A stretch of DNA of 64,000 nt from Ostrea edulis (Eukaryota), in contig NC_079171.1 in assembly GCF_947568905.1 (NCBI RefSeq), positions 65,534,001 through 65,598,000 of the forward strand, read 5' to 3'. This document shows, piece by piece, positions 63,412 to 64,000 of this stretch. A program made the position numbers and the translations under genes. Below the pieces are notes generated by a model. That model worked only from the letters and a program-made list of their open reading frames with translations, searched no databases and was not told the DNA's origin. Every line of letters starts with the position of its first letter. Position 1 is the stretch's first letter.

Positions 63412-64000
63412 AACAAGAGACCCACAGGCCTTATCGGTCACCTGAATACTAGTGGAAAAGTATCATTACTTCCATGGACTATGAAATCTAGAAAAAATTT
63501 CCTGTTCTAAATATCTAAGCTAATTATATTCTAATGTTCAGCAACAGTATAAAACAAGATGTGTTCTTAAAACTTCACATCCCTCAAAGTGCATACACTG
63601 ATGAAAGGCTTTAAATAGGTGTATTCACATGAAAACATCAAGAGATATGACTAATTTGGACTCATCTTAAAGTCATAACCCTGGGTTGTGAAATTCACCA
63701 TTTTTTGTACATCCTGTTCTGCATTTATATTTTATACAGTATCAGCAAACTTACACATACATACTATATACTAAGTTTGGCCCCACCCTGGGGTCAAAAC
63801 CCTTACTCTGGGGGAAATCAAATTTACAATTTTGGTAAAAGACTACCTGCTCTATCCATTTAGTTTCAATTTAGTATCAATAGCATTAAAGAAGATGTAA
63901 TTTAAGTGTTTTATACACATAAACACTATATAACAAGATTTGCCCCGCCCTGGGGTCAAAACTCCTACCTCGGGGATCATGAAATTTACAATTTTGATAG
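63412..64000 (+). mobile_element. Non-autonomous Helitron/Helentron-type element with internal ~162-bp satellite units (oyster Cg170-like), runs off the window
   Basis: Left end aacaagagacccacaggccttatcggtcacctga; ccctggggtcaaaac..aaatttacaattttg repeated at 63781 and 63943. Confidence 0.7.

Overview
AT-rich eukaryotic DNA, most likely a bivalve (oyster-like), inferred from the repeat families present. No intact multi-exon gene can be assembled, and almost every ORF in the supplied track is an antisense or fragmentary reading of a repeat or pseudogene. The window is a mosaic of local segmental duplications. These carry (i) decayed minus-strand LRR/Toll-like-receptor-like sequences, (ii) three copies of an unidentified intronless coiled-coil pseudogene, and (iii) four copies of a hydrophobic putative terminal exon next to a 26-bp satellite. 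Isolated plus-strand 72-nt LRR exons lie at 3.6 kb and 27.5-27.8 kb. Mobile DNA is dense: dozens of Penelope-like retroelement fragments sharing one fixed end, tRNA-derived SINEs, an L1/Tx1 LINE relic, hAT and Harbinger transposase relics, a hairpin MITE and a Helitron-type satellite element. The most striking signal is a ~351-bp tandem repeat at 48.5-49.1 kb carrying two intact minimal type-I hammerhead ribozyme motifs (retrozyme-like); its solitary copies elsewhere in the window are mutated.
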